Below are positions 61,207 through 64,000 of a stretch of DNA of 64,000 bases, in pieces (the first letter of the stretch is position 1; the number at the start of each line of letters is the position of its first letter). The notes beneath the pieces were generated by a model. It had not been told where the DNA came from, did no database searches, and worked only from the letters and a program-made list of their open reading frames with translations. This stretch comes from Neodothiora populina (taxonomy: Eukaryota), in assembly GCF_041146345.1 (NCBI RefSeq), contig NW_027191404.1:1550001-1614000 (forward strand), given 5' to 3'. Position numbers and translations under genes: made by a program.

Positions 61207-62428
61207 CTATTCACTCTCCTCTCCGCTGTCACCAAAGTCGACGAACCGTGCCGAAGCCGCTGCTCTACGCTTTGGCCTGGCTTCAGGCTCAGACTCCCCG
61301 TCTTCGTCATCGTCTTCGTCTCCCTCGTTGCCCCATTTCTTGGCCCCTTCCTGGACTGCCTCGAGGTCTGCTGCAAGCTCTCTCGCCTCCTTGATCGCAC
61401 TTGCTTTCTCATTCGAATAGCGACCGTCCATGCCAGCGTCTTTTAGCATGTCCTTCAGGTGCTTGATCTTGGCCTTGGGCGTGTCGTAAGGGGCTAGATA
61501 CCTCGACCACACCTTTCGTATGCCGCATTTGACGAGCCAACCTTGAAGGCGCTTGATCTCCACTTCGTCAGCACTCAGGTCTTTGTTCGCTGCTGCCGAA
61601 GTCTTGGTGGCTTTGGTGGCTTTGGCTGGCTTTGCCTTGGTTTTCGACTCTGCGCTGGCACTCTTCTGCCGTCGCTTCTTTGGTGGTTCGTCCAACACCT
61701 CCGAAAGCTCACTTTCAGACTCCTCGTCGGCCTTGTCTACTTTTTCTGCCGATTTCTGCTCGGATGGTTCCTGGTCGGCTTCCGATCCACTCGCTACATC
61801 GGCTTTCGGGCCTGATTCCTCGGCTTCTGATTCACTCTCCTCCACCTTGGTCTTTCCTCGACGCCCAGCCGCTGGAGCAGCCTTTTTCTTTGCGGGCTTT
61901 GGCGACTCTTCTTCACTGAGATCGGACAGCTCATCCTCGTCACTCTCCTGTGGTGTAGAGACGACATCGGAAAGTTCGGATTCCGAGTCCGGCTCAGACT
62001 CGGTGGGTACCCTCTTCTGTCGCTTGCTCGATTTGGCTACTCCCTCGTTGGAAGTTCTCTTGTTCACAGCTTTTGCAGGCGGCTTCGCAATTGGTTTTGG
62101 GGCCGGCTTGGGAGCAGACTTCTTGGCCTTTGTGTTTTCTGTGGGAGCAGGAGCTCGCTTTTGCGGTGATTGTTCTTCGTCCTACCACACCATGATCAGC
62201 ACAAATGCACAGGCCGATTATATACACAATTGCGCAACATACCAAGGCATCCGTGATGATGTCTTTGCTTCTTGCCTTCCATGCATCGCCCTTCAGGAAG
62301 CCTTGATCAAGGCCAAGTTTCTCTTCAGCAGCTGTACGGGCTTCATTGACGGTGAATGGCTGCTCTGACTGCCCCAATTCCCCCACGACTTCGCGTAATG
62401 TTTGCTCTATCTCCTTATCCTTGGCCAT
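61207..62428 (-). CDS. HIRIP3-like chromatin protein; intron 62182-62242
   Basis: N-terminal DEK-C-like helical segment (TVNEARTAAEEKLGL), acidic/Lys-rich linker, and C-terminal EIKRLQGWLVKCGIRKVW...GRYSNEKA...RELAADL. Confidence 0.75.
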
Positions 62429-63594
62429 CGTGGCGGCTCACGCTACACACTATAGTCGCTGTTACAACTATACGGACATATGAACAAGACCTACCTGCGC
62501 GTCCGCGCTCGCTCGCGTATCGGACCCGCGTTCGCTATTGCTGCTGTTGTTTCAGGATGCGGGGGATGGTAAAGCTCGGACGCAGGCTGCTGTCCTGTAA
62601 CTGTGGTATGACGCAAGAGGGCACCTACTGTGAAAATGGAAGTAGGTAAGGTATCTCTTGTACAAGGAAACATGGTCGAATATCTTTGGTCAAAGGCTTG
62701 GGCCAAGTAGAAAGTTCTAAACGATCAGCAGGGCCAATGCCTTGGGTTCTGCAAAAGTCAGTCGTACTGTAGTACCTTAACTTCATTCTCGCCAACGAGA
62801 AAGTTGGTTGAAGAAACTTGGCCCGCGATCCGCAGCCATCCTCCGAAAGTACTGTGAGGTGAGGTACCTTACCTCAACTGTACGGAGGACCTTCCCAATC
62901 GCCCTCTTCTTGTACAATAATGCTGCTTCACCTGACCTCAACTTGACTGATTTGCTAGATTATTGCAATCGTTGATTTTGTACACACGGTACGACCCATA
63001 AAACCCAGGTGATTGGACAGTACCGCTAAGTCTGCCGTACTCGTGTTCCGGCATTCTGACCTCTTGTCAAAAAGACCTGAAGCCGTCGTCACTGTGTCAC
63101 GTCAATTGTGCGTAAGGTCATTTCTCTGAAAGCCCCGACCACCAGTCCCGACGCCAACCAACTTCTTCTGAACATTCCACCAACATCGATGAGTCCGATA
63201 ATAAGGAGCTATACTTAGCTTGCTATCTTTCTTTTCGTTTTCTCCTGTCCGATACTGACTCTTGACTGCTTCGTCAAAGCTATTGCGACCTTTCTCGTAC
63301 TTTCTTCCACCGCCAAGCTTTAGTTCATCCGTTTCGCTGGCAGCCCTGATATACCTTGCGGCGAGTATTCCCGACCCCCGCCTCACCCTACAAACATATC
63401 ATTGCACAAGCCCGCTCTGCAAGTAAGCCTCACATTCTCTGTTGTTGCTGCTTTTCTTATCACCAAGGATCGGCCGTGTTGGGACCACCATCGGTGTGCG
63501 ATCGTGATATTTTACTTGCATACGCTGCATTGATCAATACACCGCTGTGCATCACGCACGTTTCCAATCCCTAGCTGACTTTCTCAAAGTCACC

Positions 63595-64000
63595 ATGTCC
63601 ACCCCTGCAGATGCGAACACGAATGGCAAGGGCCGCTTGCTTCTTGTTTCAAATCGACTACCAATCACAATCAAGCGCTCCGAAGATGGCTCATATGACT
63701 TCTCGATGTCTTCCGGCGGACTCGTCAGTGGTCTCTCCGGTCTAACCAAGACGACAAAGTTCCAGTGGTACGGATGGCCTGGCATGCAGGTTCCGGAGAA
63801 CGAGGTTGGCCTCGTCAAGGACCGCTTATGGAAAGAGTACAGCGCAGTGCCAATCTTCATGGACGATGAGCTTGCGGACAGACATTACAACGGCTTCTCA
63901 AATTCAATCCTATGGCCGCTTTTCCACTACCACCCTGGTGAGATCACCTTTGACGAATCCGCCTGGAATGCGTACCGCGAGGCCAACCGCCTCTTCGCCA
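63595..64000 (+). CDS. TPS1: Trehalose-6-phosphate synthase catalytic subunit, 5' part (runs off the window)
   Basis: Read directly from sequence: GRLLLVSNRLPITIKR...SSGGLVSGLSG...WYGWPG...ADRHYNGFSNSILWPLFHYHPGE. Confidence 0.96.
   Translation, partial: MSTPADANTNGKGRLLLVSNRLPITIKRSEDGSYDFSMSSGGLVSGLSGLTKTTKFQWYGWPGMQVPENEVGLVKDRLWKEYSAVPIFMDDELADRHYNGFSNSILWPLFHYHPGEITFDESAWNAYREANRLFA

Noticed and set aside
61553..62368. 271-aa Ser-rich plus-strand ORF
   Set aside because: Antisense mirror of the acidic/Lys-rich HIRIP3-like gene.
1..64000. tRNA, 5S rRNA, telomeric arrays, intact transposases or RIP-damaged AT-rich blocks
   Set aside because: The isolated GTTCGA and TTAGGG matches I noticed lack the surrounding structure, and I saw no transposase/RT motifs or AT-rich tracts. 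A covariance-model scan would be needed to exclude small RNAs.

Overview
Gene-dense region of a filamentous ascomycete (Pezizomycotina; possibly a Dothideomycete, which is inference only), with short GT-AG introns and CTRAC branch points. I can model about 23 protein-coding genes. They are: 3' end of a copper amine oxidase, Zn2Cys6 transcription factor, a small Cys-Pro/His repeat protein, aquaporin, calpain-like protease, MED4, an orphan ORF, stand-alone class I terpene synthase, quercetin 2,3-dioxygenase, RAD21, PMR1, a group X hybrid histidine kinase, spherulin/germin-like cupin, APN1, DIM1, IMP3, complex I 24-kDa subunit, RSM18, CIA84, an Arg-rich DUF3824-like protein, AP-1 beta adaptin, a HIRIP3-like protein, and the 5' end of TPS1. 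I saw no tRNA, rRNA, intact transposon or CRISPR array. The best novelty candidate is the 148-aa protein at 5725-6171. It is an internal duplication in which all six Cys lie in Cys-Pro (heme-regulatory-motif-like) dipeptides interleaved with His, and it has an upstream CBC/HapX-type site; it may be an iron-regulated heme/metal-binding protein. Other observations are a calpain with Asp in place of the catalytic Asn, a terpene synthase with a variant NSE motif, and three adjacent mitochondrial genes carrying PUF-type 3' elements. All calls come from reading motifs by eye; no database search was run.
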